32,000 nt of DNA from Candidatus Nitrospira inopinata (GTDB taxonomy: Bacteria; Nitrospirota; Nitrospiria; Nitrospirales; Nitrospiraceae): the NCBI RefSeq assembly GCF_001458695.1, contig NZ_LN885086.1, positions 1-32,000 of the forward strand, given 5' to 3'. A program made the position numbers and the translations under genes. The first letter of the stretch is position 1; each line of letters starts with the position of its first letter. Below the pieces are notes generated by a model. That model ran no database searches. It saw nothing but the letters and a program-made list of their open reading frames with translations, and had not been told where the DNA came from. Below are positions 8,927 to 18,102 of the stretch, piece after piece.

Positions 8927-9002
8927 GCGCCCGTAGCTCAATGGATAGAGCACCAGACTACGGATCTGGGGGTTACAGGTTCAAGTCCTGTCGGGCGCAC
9001 CA
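8927..9002 (+). tRNA. tRNA-Arg, anticodon ACG, with encoded CCA.
   Basis: Manual cloverleaf. Acceptor GCGCCCG/CGGGCGC. D arm GCTC-AATGGATA-GAGC. Anticodon arm CCAGA-CTACGGA-TCTGG (ACG at positions 34-36). Variable loop GGGTT. T arm ACAGG-TTCAAGT-CCTGT. Discriminator A, then CCA. Confidence 0.95.
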
Positions 9003-9070
9003 CCCCCTCCTCCTATCCAGGGAAATCCCTTCGAATCCTTCTTGCTGAGGCGGGCACCTGGTGAGCCCTC

Positions 9071-9120
9071 ATAAAAAATAAAAAAGTTGGATACGGTTTC
9101 CCTTTTTCCGTCTTTCATCC
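9071..9120 (-). terminator. Weak candidate intrinsic terminator for a minus-strand transcript coming from the ORF-free region.
   Basis: The minus strand reads GGAT-gaaag-ACGG-aaaaagggaaa-CCGTATCC followed by AAC-TTTTTTATTTTTTAT. The U-tract is strong, but the stem is only 8 bp with an internal loop and an 11-nt loop. Confidence 0.25.
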
Positions 9121-9835
9121 ATGACCTTCGATGACAACCACTTCTTCTTTCAAAGCCCGCACGCCTCTTTTCCTTCTTTGTTCTCTCACTCTTCTGCGGG
9201 TCCCCCCTTCCATTGACTCACCAGCATGGTGTCCGGCAACCCTCCAGTCGCCTTTCGCTGGTTGCCCCGCGCCGTGGTCATCGGGCTCGCATCCGACGGC
9301 CGTGCCTACTGGCACCGAGGGTCACAAGCGCGTACCTCGAACCTCCATCCCGACCCTGCAACGGAAGGGACACCCTTCCGCTCGTTGGCAACAGAAGAGT
9401 GAGTTCTCTTTTCTATTCTTGGTTGCCGGCCTTGCATCAGCGACACACCCCTCCTTTTTTCATTTTTGCCGGCGGAGGCTGGTTCAGAGAGCTTGCTCAC
9501 CTTTTGAGGCCTTGGAGGGGTTTTAGGCTTCCCACTTTTTCGTGGGCCTGCTCACCGCCCCTGCGCTCGACCTCTCTTTTTTGTGTGTGTGTTCCTCTCA
9601 CCGAGACCTCCGCCCACTTTTAGATAACACTCTATGACGTCAATTCAAGAAGCCGCTCCAGGATCGCACCAGGCAGGATTCAAGTCCGGTCATGAGATCG
9701 CGCGTCGGCTTCGGACTCTTCCGCACACCTCTTGCCCCAGCAGCCGAATCATTCGTGACGCAACCGTAACGTCGGCGTTATGCACCCATAATCTCATGAT
9801 GTCATAGTGACGGCCTTCCCAAAGGAGGTGTGCCC

Positions 9836-10081
9836 ATGATTTGGCTCAAAGAGCAACCATGTTCTCTCGATCTTCCTACTGCTCCGATCATGCAAACCCT
9901 TCGCGAGATCAGACGCTCGCCTCGCTGGACGTTGTTCCAAGGCCGACGCCCCCGTTGGAAGAACCGGCAGGCCGGCCTGATCGGCAGCGGAACGAGGAAA
10001 GGGCAGGCCCTGATCAAGCGCCTGGCGCGGCTGGAACGAGCCGAAACAATCGAGATGGGCCGACGGAACAAAACTTATTAA
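9836..10081 (+). CDS. Hypothetical small, very basic protein (81 aa).
   Basis: ATG 9836 sits 7 nt after a perfect AGGAGG (9823-9828). The second half has genome-typical codons (QALIKRLARLERAETIEMGRRNK). I recognise no family. It overlaps a competing frame (9841..10314) that lacks an SD. Confidence 0.45.
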   Translation: MIWLKEQPCSLDLPTAPIMQTLREIRRSPRWTLFQGRRPRWKNRQAGLIGSGTRKGQALIKRLARLERAETIEMGRRNKTY

Positions 10082-10123
10082 CGGTCGCAGGCGGGCTGAA
10101 CAGAGACGTCATCGCTCAATTTG

Positions 10124-11542
10124 ATGCTCGTGCCGGAATGTGGTACGGTCCGCCCCGTCATGTCCGAGTCAAAATCTTTTTTCAAGCTTGCGGACGTGCC
10201 GGGCGGACTGCCGCTGGTCGGCCACGCCGGCATCTTCAAGAACGATCCGCTCCGGACCATGACCGAGTGGTGGCGCTCCTACGGCGACGCGCTGCGTTTT
10301 CGGCTTGGCCCTAAGACGCTTCACCTGTTCAGTCATCCGGAGTTGGCCGAAGAGATTCTGATCAAGCAGACGGACCGGTTTGTGAAAGTGTACGATCCTC
10401 GACGGCCGGTCGGCCTCGCATTGGTTCTGGGCAACGGGCTAGTCACCAGTTCGGGAGAGGTCTGGAAGCGCCATCGCCGGATCATCCAGCCGATTTTTCA
10501 TCGGGCACGGCTCACGGCGATGGCCGATCGGATGGTCCGGATCGGCGAACAGCGCATCGCCGAGTGGTCGGAGCGGGTGGAGCAGCCGATCGACGTCGCG
10601 GCCGACATGATGGCACTGACGCTCGAAGTCATCGCCCACACCATGTTCACGACCAGCGTCGCGCACCACCTTGATCGCATCAGCCACGCGCTGCGCGTGA
10701 GTTTGCGCTACGCGTTCGACTCCTTTCACAATCCGCTCCATCCCCCAGGCTGGCTGCCGACGAGGCGTAACCGAGAGTTTCATGCGGTCACGACGTTTCT
10801 GGACGGATTGATCTACGATCTGATCGCGGAACGTCGTCGAAGCGGCGCAAGGCATGACGATCTCCTTGACCGTCTGCTCGAAGCGCGTGACGAGGAAACC
10901 GGCGCCGGCCTGACCGATCGGGAACTGCGGGATGAGGCGTTGACGATCTTCGCGGCGGGACACGAGACCACCGCCAACGCGTTGGCCTGGACCTGGTATC
11001 TCTTGGCGACACACCCGGAAGCGAAGGCCCGATTTCACGAAGAACTGGATCGCGTCCTTCAAGACAAGCGGCCGACGGTGGAGGATCTGCCGAACCTGCC
11101 CTACACACGCGCGCTCTTTGACGAATCGCTGCGCCTGTTCCCTCCCGTTCCGGCCATCCAGCGAAAGGCGGCGGCCGAGACAACCGTCGGCGGGATCTCC
11201 TTGCCGGCCGAGTCGATTGTCTTCATCAGCATCTCCAATCTCCATCGGCATCCAAATTATTGGTCCGAGCCGGACCGTTTTGCCCCAGACCGATGGCTGG
11301 CCGACGACCACTGCCCGACCCGCCGGGCCTATCTCCCGTTCGGCGCGGGGCCGCGAGCCTGCGTCGGAACCCACTTTGCGCTGATCGAAGGGCCGCTGCT
11401 CCTGGCCCTGATCGGACAACGTTATGACCTCCGGCTGGCCCAAGAGCGAGTCGAGCCTCAACTCATGGTGACGTTGCGGCCCAAAGACGGCATCCTCATG
11501 ACACGCCATCCGCGCCTGAAAGCGGCGACCTCCGCCGCCTAG
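10124..11542 (+). CDS. Cytochrome P450 monooxygenase.
   Basis: I-helix AGHETTANAL, ExxR (FDESLRLFPP) and heme-thiolate loop FGAGPRACVGTHFA. The start is uncertain (ATG 10124 or ATG 10160, MSESKSFFKL); neither has a clear SD. Confidence 0.9.
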   Translation: MLVPECGTVRPVMSESKSFFKLADVPGGLPLVGHAGIFKNDPLRTMTEWWRSYGDALRFRLGPKTLHLFSHPELAEEILIKQTDRFVKVYDPRRPVGLALVLGNGLVTSSGEVWKRHRRIIQPIFHRARLTAMADRMVRIGEQRIAEWSERVEQPIDVAADMMALTLEVIAHTMFTTSVAHHLDRISHALRVSLRYAFDSFHNPLHPPGWLPTRRNREFHAVTTFLDGLIYDLIAERRRSGARHDDLLDRLLEARDEETGAGLTDRELRDEALTIFAAGHETTANALAWTWYLLATHPEAKARFHEELDRVLQDKRPTVEDLPNLPYTRALFDESLRLFPPVPAIQRKAAAETTVGGISLPAESIVFISISNLHRHPNYWSEPDRFAPDRWLADDHCPTRRAYLPFGAGPRACVGTHFALIEGPLLLALIGQRYDLRLAQERVEPQLMVTLRPKDGILMTRHPRLKAATSAA

Positions 11543-12951
11543 TTCCGGAGCTGATCCACCTGTCCTTGAGCCCTGGCCAGATTGACGCGGGAGGCGTTGA
11601 CGCGGAACAGGGCGTCGATCATGTTGTCCTTCGCCCGCACGACGGAAAACAAGGCGTTCGACAGTTCCAGCGTATTGGAGCTCAACGTTCTGATCCGTTC
11701 GCGGGCCAACGCCAGTTCCTTGAGCGCGACCTTCAACCCGTTTTCCGCGATGCGGTATTGTTCCTGCGCGGCCTTTACCGTCACGATCGCGTCCCGCACT
11801 TCCATGCCGATCTGATTTTTGATCAACGCCAGCCTGTACCGTTCCTGGTTGAACTCGCTTGCGCTTTGATCGATCCGGCCCTCCCGCTGTCCGCCGTCGA
11901 AAATCGGAACCGAGAGCTGGACGCCGACGTTGTAGGTGGCGGTGTTGTTGTCGAATTTGTTTCCGATCAGACCGTAGTTTCCTTCCGCCGACATCGAGGG
12001 AAGCCGCTCGCCCTTGACGGATCGAAGAACCAATTCCGCGGTTCTGATCCGTTGCAATTGGGCCTTCAATTCCGGCCGATGGGCTGCGGCCAGATCCATG
12101 ACTTCTTCCACCGACGGAATCGTCCCTTGGTGCGGCTTCAGTTGATCCGTCAGTTGGAGCGTCGCCTCGTATCCGATGCCGATCGAATTGAGCAGGGCGA
12201 ATTTTGCCCGATCCACTTCTCCCCTTGCCAGCTCAAGCCGCTGCCGTTCGTGCTCCAATTGGCTCTCCAACCGCGCCGTGTCCAAACCGGTCGCCATGCC
12301 TCCCGCCTGCCGGCTTTTGATGTACGCCACCAGTTCCTCGTACAAACCGACGTTGGTCGATCGGGCCTCCAACGTCTCCTGATTGCGCAGCACTTCGTAG
12401 TAATTCAAGGCCACCTTCGCGACGGTATCCTGCTCCATGGCCGACGCGTCCAGCTCCGCCGCCTGCATCGCGGAACGGGAAGCCCGCCACCGTTCAATGA
12501 GGCTCAAGCTGAAAATCGATTGGGTGAACGACGCGCGGCCGTCGACGATCTCGAACGGATCGGTCCGCACCGGCGCCCCGCCGATGGTGCCCAGAAAAAA
12601 CGTTTGCGTGTTGTATCTGCCGGTGGACGCGACGTTGGGCAACAACGCTCCCAAGTGAACGCGCGCCGCGGCGTGCGCCGCCGCGATGCGTTCCCGAAAC
12701 AATTGGACGTTCGGACTCTTGTCCAACGCCGCCTCGATCGCCTCTGCCAGCGACAGATTCAGCACCGGCGGCGTCTCCTCCGCCGGCGACAAGGGGACTT
12801 CCTGATCCCCCGCCAAGGCATGGGCCGACAGAACCACGATCCACAGGACGGCCGACGTCGCCGTCAGGCCATACCGGTTGAGCCTGGCGCCATATCCGTT
12901 TCCTGTTTGCCGTCTGCAAGAAGGTTTCAAGAAGCCTCGAAACACTTTCAT
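11539..12951 (-). CDS. TolC-family outer-membrane efflux channel protein.
   Basis: Signal peptide (AVLWIVVLSAHALAGDQ). Family-typical N-terminus LSLAEAIEAALDKSPNVQ. Two long helical repeats, ~470 aa. ATG 12951 is preceded by GGGAGGGGGGAGGAG. The track start 13008 is an extension. Confidence 0.8.
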   Translation of the reverse strand: MKVFRGFLKPSCRRQTGNGYGARLNRYGLTATSAVLWIVVLSAHALAGDQEVPLSPAEETPPVLNLSLAEAIEAALDKSPNVQLFRERIAAAHAAARVHLGALLPNVASTGRYNTQTFFLGTIGGAPVRTDPFEIVDGRASFTQSIFSLSLIERWRASRSAMQAAELDASAMEQDTVAKVALNYYEVLRNQETLEARSTNVGLYEELVAYIKSRQAGGMATGLDTARLESQLEHERQRLELARGEVDRAKFALLNSIGIGYEATLQLTDQLKPHQGTIPSVEEVMDLAAAHRPELKAQLQRIRTAELVLRSVKGERLPSMSAEGNYGLIGNKFDNNTATYNVGVQLSVPIFDGGQREGRIDQSASEFNQERYRLALIKNQIGMEVRDAIVTVKAAQEQYRIAENGLKVALKELALARERIRTLSSNTLELSNALFSVVRAKDNMIDALFRVNASRVNLARAQGQVDQLRN

Positions 12952-13035
12952 TTTGCTCCTCCCCCCTCCCGACACACGAACGTCCATGTCGCAGTCGCTC
13001 TGGTCCACGGCGTCTCGCCTAAACGGAGCGTCGGA

Positions 13036-13329
13036 CTATCCCTTCATCGGTCTTTGAAGGAATAAGATGAGCGCCATCAGGGTGGGCAGCGGGGCGATCA
13101 GGAAGGGGACGAGCCATGCCCATATGTTTCGTCCCCGCACCCGCGTCTGATCGATCATCCAAACGAAGATCCAGATCATCAAGCCGACATAGTTCAGCGT
13201 GATCCATTGGACCGTATGCGCCTTGAGCGCGCTGGGCTCCTCTCCCGTTCCTTGGATCAGAAACAATCCCAGCAGCGCGGCAAAACCGATGAGCATCCCG
13301 ACGACCAACCGTTTGCTCCACACGTACAT
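13036..13329 (-). CDS. Small integral membrane protein (97 aa, 3 TM) with weak resemblance to PLDc_N-type small membrane proteins.
   Basis: Three hydrophobic segments. GAGG lies 5 nt before the ATG. The tail pattern WMIDQTRVRGRNIWAWLVPFLIAPLPTLMALILF resembles the PLDc_N motif. This is a resemblance only. Confidence 0.6.
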   Translation of the reverse strand: MYVWSKRLVVGMLIGFAALLGLFLIQGTGEEPSALKAHTVQWITLNYVGLMIWIFVWMIDQTRVRGRNIWAWLVPFLIAPLPTLMALILFLQRPMKG

Positions 13330-13384
13330 ATCGACCTCGTTTCATCATGATAATGGTGAAGATTCTCCGAAGGCTCCGCCCGGC

Positions 13385-14725
13385 TCATCGCAGAAACAAG
13401 AACCATAGATAGATCGCGCTGATGGCGATGGAGCCGACCATGACCGGGAACCCGAGTTTGAAGAACTGCCAAAAAGTGATGCGATAGCCCGCCTTGCGCG
13501 CGATATCCACGATGACGACGTTCGCGCTCGCGCCGATGATCGTGCCGTTTCCGCCGAGACAGGCCCCCAGCGCCAGCGCCCACCAGAGGGGAATGATATC
13601 GGGCTGATGCACCAAGGTGGTGTAGTCGGCGATCTCGGGATGAAGAGACCGGGCCAGATCGACGATCAGCGGATTCATCGCCGCGACGTAGGGGATATTG
13701 TCCACGAACGCGGAGAGGACGGCCGACCCCGCCAGCACGGCAAAGGTGGCGCCGACCATGTTGCCTTCCGTGAGATGCACCAACCGCTCGGCCAGAAAGC
13801 GAATCGCTCCGACTTTGACGAGGCTCCCGACCAAGATAAAGAGCCCGATAAAGAAAAAGATCGTCTTCCATTCGACCTCCGCCAGGTAGGTCATCTCCTC
13901 GGTTTCGTTTGATCGGTTGCGGGCGTGGCCGAGCAGCATGAAGGCGCTCGCGCCCAGCAACGCGACGGTCGCCGGTTCCAGATGGACGAACGAATGGAAA
14001 CAAAAGCCGAGATTGACCGCGCCCAGCGCCCACAGGCAGCGACGCAACAGCCCTTGATCACGGATCGCGTCCTTGGGATTCAGCGCCATCACCGATTCGC
14101 GCAAGTGCGGATCGACGGTCATTCGGCGGCCGAACATCACCCACATCACTCCCAGAAACGTTCCCATGATCGCCACCGCCACAGGCCCCAGAACCAGCAG
14201 AAAGTCCAGATAGCCCAAATCCGCTTTGCTCGAAATCATGATGTTGGGGGGATCGCCGACCAGCGTGGCGGTGCCCCCGATGTTAGACGACATCGCCTCG
14301 CACAAGAGAAACGTGATCGGGTTCAGCTCCAGGCGCTTGCTGATGGCCAAGGTCACCGGAGCCATCAGCAGAACGGTCGTCACGTTGTCGAGCATCGCCG
14401 ACAAGCCGGCCGTCAAAACGGCCAACAGCACCATGAGCCGAAACGGCCTCGCCTTGGCCGTCTTGGCCGCCCAAATCGCCAGCACTTCGAACAGCCCCGT
14501 CTCCCGGACGATGTTGATGATGACCATCATCCCGATCAGCAGAAAGACCACGTTGTAGTCCACTCCGAATTCGTGCGAGTAGAACGCTTCGTCCTGCGAC
14601 ACGACGCCGAGCCCGATCATCAAGGCCGCGCCGCCCAACGCCACGATGGTCTTGTGGATCCGCTCCGTAATGATGGCCACATAGGCCACGCCGAAAATCA
14701 GCAACGCCAACGTCATGTCGGACAT
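13385..14725 (-). CDS. ArsB/NhaD-superfamily (CitMHS / SLC13-like) ion or anion permease.
   Basis: 446 aa polytopic protein. Motifs LDNVTTVLLMAPV and NIGGTATLVGDPPNIMI are characteristic of ArsB/NhaD permeases. GGGAG precedes ATG 14725. Confidence 0.8.
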   Translation of the reverse strand: MSDMTLALLIFGVAYVAIITERIHKTIVALGGAALMIGLGVVSQDEAFYSHEFGVDYNVVFLLIGMMVIINIVRETGLFEVLAIWAAKTAKARPFRLMVLLAVLTAGLSAMLDNVTTVLLMAPVTLAISKRLELNPITFLLCEAMSSNIGGTATLVGDPPNIMISSKADLGYLDFLLVLGPVAVAIMGTFLGVMWVMFGRRMTVDPHLRESVMALNPKDAIRDQGLLRRCLWALGAVNLGFCFHSFVHLEPATVALLGASAFMLLGHARNRSNETEEMTYLAEVEWKTIFFFIGLFILVGSLVKVGAIRFLAERLVHLTEGNMVGATFAVLAGSAVLSAFVDNIPYVAAMNPLIVDLARSLHPEIADYTTLVHQPDIIPLWWALALGACLGGNGTIIGASANVVIVDIARKAGYRITFWQFFKLGFPVMVGSIAISAIYLWFLFLR

Positions 14726-14960
14726 ACACTCCCTCGTGTGATCAACGTGCGACGCGCATTATCGGGGGATGCTCGCCGCAATGCAATGACTGTGAGCGAT
14801 CGTGAATGTGCCTTCGCAGAAGATCGCGGCCCGTTGAAGAGACAACCCGGGCTGGGCCGCTTGTGTCCGCTCGACATTCCTCGGCTTTTGATGCTTCCTT
14901 TCATGAAAGCCCGATCAAAAGAATTGGCGGACGTTCCGGCCGTCCTGCTAGGATAGCGGC

Positions 14961-17177
14961 ATGTCGACTCCGCTTCATCTTGAGCAAGACGATCTCGACC
15001 GTCTCATCGCGGGTACCCACTGGAATCCGCGCGCCCTGTTGGGCCCCCATCCGTGCACGATCGACGGCCGACGCCGTCTCGTGATCCGCGCTTGGTTTCC
15101 CCATGCTGCACAGGTCTCGGTGATACCGACGCCGATGTCGCCGTCACTCATCCCGATGATCCGCCTCCACGAGGCCGGCCTGTTCGAGGCCGTCGTACCG
15201 GAAGACACGCCCGTTCCCCTCTATCGTTTCACGGTGACCAGGCGGGACGGCACGGTCATCGAGACGCACGATCCCTATGCCTTTCCTCCCCTGTTGACGG
15301 ATTTCGAGCTTCACCTCTTCGCCGAGGGCACCTGGTACAGGACCTATGAACGGTTGGGCTCCCACGTCCGAGGCGTGGAAGACGTCGCGGGCGTGCACTT
15401 CGTCGTCTGGGCTCCGAACGCCGCGCGCGTGAGCGTGATCGGCGATTTCAATCGATGGGACGGCCGCTGCCACCCCATGATCAGCCGAGGCGCAACCGGT
15501 CTCTGGGAACTGTTTGTTCCCGATCTGCAAGAAGACGCTCTCTATAAGTACGAGATCCTCAGCCGGCACAACGGAGCCCTGCTCGTTAAAGCCGACCCCT
15601 ACGCCTACGCCGGCGAATTGCGCCCCCGCACCGCCTCCATTGTCCGGGACCTTTCCCGCTACGTTTGGCGCGATCACGACTGGATGGCCGCTCGTGCGCA
15701 TCGGAATCCGCTGACCGCTCCCCTTGCGATTTACGAAGTGCATCTCGGCTCCTGGATGCGCGTGCCTGAAGAAGGCGACCGGTGGCTGACCTATCAGGAA
15801 CTTGCGCAGAAACTGATTCCTTATGCAAAAGACCTGGGCTACACCCACCTCGAATTATTGCCGGTAACGGAACATCCGTTCGACGGCTCATGGGGCTATC
15901 AATCGACCGGCTACTTTGCCGCCACCAGCCGGTACGGCCGGCCCGAAGAGTTCATGGCATTCGTGGACGCGGCCCACCAAGCCGGCCTGGGCGTCATTAT
16001 GGACTGGTCCCCCGCCCATTTTCCCGACGACCCCCACGGACTGGCGACCTTTGACGGCACGCATTTGTACGATCACGCCGATCCCCGTCGCGGCTACCAT
16101 CCGGACTGGCACAGCCGAATTTTCAATTATGATCGGCCGGAAGTTCGATTGTTCCTCCTCAACAGCGCCCTATTTTGGCTCGATCGGTACCACATCGACG
16201 GCCTGCGGGTGGACGCCGTGGCGTCCATGCTGTATTTGGATTACGGGCGCAAGCCCGGCGAGTGGATCCCCAACGAATTCGGCGGCCACGAAAACCTGGG
16301 CGCCGTCTCGTTCATTAAGGACTTAAACGTCCTGGTGCATCGCGAACATCCGGGCGCGATCATGATCGCCGAGGAATCCACCGCGTGGCCCGGCGTTTCT
16401 CGTCCCACCTACGCGGGGGGGCTGGGATTCACGTTCAAATGGAACATGGGATGGATGCACGACATGTTGGAATATTTCGCGCGCGACCCGGTGCATCGCC
16501 GGTTTCATCAGGATCAGATCACCTTCGGATTGTTGTACGCGTTCTCGGAAAATTTCGTCCTGGCCCTGTCGCACGACGAAGTCGTTCACGGCAAACGATC
16601 CCTGCTCGACAAGATGCCCGGCGACTTTTGGCAGCGATTCGCCAATCTCCGACTGCTCTACAGCCTCATGTACGGCCATCCGGGAAAGAAAATGCTGTTC
16701 ATGGGCGGAGAATTCGGCCAATGGCGGGAGTGGAATCATGATCGGAGCCTGGACTGGCATCTCTGCGACTATGAGCCTCATCGCGGGCTCCAGCGTCTTG
16801 TCCGTGACTTGAACCACCTGCACCGAACGGAGCCGGCGCTCCATGAAGCGGACTTTGATTGGAGCGGCTTTCAATGGATCGACTTTCACGACACGGACAA
16901 TTCGGTGATCGCCTTTCTGCGCAAGTCGCCGACGACGGGCCGTTCGGTCGTCTGCGTCTACAATCTCACACCGGTTCCCCGTCACGACTATCGCATCGGC
17001 GTCCCCGAATCGGGATGGTATCGGGAACTGCTCAACTCCGACGCCGGCCGTTACGGCGGGAGCGACGTCGGCAACGGAGGCGGGATCTCTTCTTCCTCTC
17101 TTGCTTCCCACCACTTTCCCTATTCTCTGCTCCTGACCCTCCCGCCGCTTGCGGCGCTGTTTCTGAAGCGAGAATGA
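14961..17177 (+). CDS. glgB: 1,4-alpha-glucan branching enzyme (GH13).
   Basis: 738 aa. GH13 regions GVIMDWSPAHF, IDGLRVDAVASMLY, AEESTAWP and LSHDEVVHGK, plus a GlgB-type N-terminal CBM48 region. Confidence 0.95.
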   Translation: MSTPLHLEQDDLDRLIAGTHWNPRALLGPHPCTIDGRRRLVIRAWFPHAAQVSVIPTPMSPSLIPMIRLHEAGLFEAVVPEDTPVPLYRFTVTRRDGTVIETHDPYAFPPLLTDFELHLFAEGTWYRTYERLGSHVRGVEDVAGVHFVVWAPNAARVSVIGDFNRWDGRCHPMISRGATGLWELFVPDLQEDALYKYEILSRHNGALLVKADPYAYAGELRPRTASIVRDLSRYVWRDHDWMAARAHRNPLTAPLAIYEVHLGSWMRVPEEGDRWLTYQELAQKLIPYAKDLGYTHLELLPVTEHPFDGSWGYQSTGYFAATSRYGRPEEFMAFVDAAHQAGLGVIMDWSPAHFPDDPHGLATFDGTHLYDHADPRRGYHPDWHSRIFNYDRPEVRLFLLNSALFWLDRYHIDGLRVDAVASMLYLDYGRKPGEWIPNEFGGHENLGAVSFIKDLNVLVHREHPGAIMIAEESTAWPGVSRPTYAGGLGFTFKWNMGWMHDMLEYFARDPVHRRFHQDQITFGLLYAFSENFVLALSHDEVVHGKRSLLDKMPGDFWQRFANLRLLYSLMYGHPGKKMLFMGGEFGQWREWNHDRSLDWHLCDYEPHRGLQRLVRDLNHLHRTEPALHEADFDWSGFQWIDFHDTDNSVIAFLRKSPTTGRSVVCVYNLTPVPRHDYRIGVPESGWYRELLNSDAGRYGGSDVGNGGGISSSSLASHHFPYSLLLTLPPLAALFLKRE

Positions 17178-17290
17178 CGCGCCGTGGGGGAACGGGCCTG
17201 CACGGGGGAGCGGTCCGCCGGCCCGGCAGGCCGTTGGCTCCGGCCGACGTGATGACGCGAACCTCGGGAAAGGACGACCCGGCGAGGAGA

Positions 17291-17878
17291 CTACCAATGG
17301 CGGAAGGGGCCGGAGTCCAAATGCACGAATTTCGATCGGGGATAGTAGCCGACGCCGCCGTATTGTAATTTCATCGCGGTTTGACGAATCACCTTCGGAT
17401 GGACGCCTGGGATTCGAATGTCGATCGCCTGCCCCTGCATATGAAGGCTGTGTTTGGCGGCTCTACGACCCGATCGGACCAACAAGGCGTTGTACTCCGG
17501 CGACCGATAGCCGGAAACGACGTGGATCTCGCGACGGCCTCCCAGCGATTTCTGAACCAAGTTAACGTGTTCGATCACCCGCACGTCGATGGCGGCGACT
17601 TCCCCCGTGTGATGGCATCGGAGAATGTGATTCACCTCGTCGAGAGCGTCCAAGTCATAGCGCCCGTCTTCGTCACGATACGTCACGTCCAGCCGTTCAT
17701 CGGTCCAGAGGTTGACGAACGTCAGCCGCCCCTCCGGCAAGTCCCGATCCGGCACCTCGCGCGCAAAGGATTCCGACGGACAGATCCACCGTCCCGCCAA
17801 TAGCACCGCTCCCACCAATGCCGCCCGCACAAACGAGCGGCGAGTCCAGCCCTGTTTCACATCGGTCATCTTGTTCAT
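17291..17878 (-). CDS. DUF882 / YcbK(MepK)-type peptidase M15 family protein, Tat-exported.
   Basis: Twin-arginine signal (WTRRSFVRAALVGA). Zn-peptidase motifs SGYRSPEYN, HMQGQAIDIRIPG and FVHLDSG. Confidence 0.8.
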   Translation of the reverse strand: MNKMTDVKQGWTRRSFVRAALVGAVLLAGRWICPSESFAREVPDRDLPEGRLTFVNLWTDERLDVTYRDEDGRYDLDALDEVNHILRCHHTGEVAAIDVRVIEHVNLVQKSLGGRREIHVVSGYRSPEYNALLVRSGRRAAKHSLHMQGQAIDIRIPGVHPKVIRQTAMKLQYGGVGYYPRSKFVHLDSGPFRHW

Positions 17879-18102
17879 GAGACCCTGTTCCGAAGAATTG
17901 ATCGATTGAAGCTATCGCCGTTGTAGCACAAGGGGCGCGGCCCTTCTAACAAAAATCGGAATGAGGGTCAACCGGTTTTTGTTCCTCCGCGCATCGCGCG
18001 CACATCCTGACTCCACGTCATCATCGATCTCGAGGACATATTTCTTTCTAGACAGCATGAAGGCCTCCGGGTAAGATTCAACCCGTTCGTGGAGGATTCC
18101 CC

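Noticed and set aside
9582-9592. (TG)5 microsatellite after a T6 run.
   Set aside because: Too short to argue for phase variation, and not positioned in a promoter spacer or coding region that I can identify.
9672-9699. T-arm-like fragment caggattcaagtccggtc resembling the T arm of the upstream tRNA-Arg (caggttcaagtcctgtc). Considered as an attL/attR duplicate marking an integrated element.
   Set aside because: The similarity stops before the acceptor stem and CCA end. There is no integrase, recombinase or phage gene in the window, and no cloverleaf can be folded around it.
9690-9799. 9-bp inverted repeat TCATGAGAT / ATCTCATGA separated by 92 nt, and other long-range complementarities in the gap.
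   Set aside because: Single 8-9 bp complementarities are roughly what chance gives in ~800 nt. They are not evidence on their own without covariation.
10439-13065. Long ORFs 10439..11509(-) and 11566..13065(+).
   Set aside because: Antisense to the P450 (heme-loop motif present on the plus strand) and to the TolC-like gene respectively. Low-complexity R/G/P/D composition.
13257-14956. ORFs 13257..14033(-), 13925..14956(+), 14283..14729(-).
   Set aside because: Alternative-frame or antisense overlaps of the ArsB/NhaD permease gene, which has clear family motifs and TM periodicity.
16323-17297. 324-aa minus-strand ORF.
   Set aside because: Antisense to glgB.
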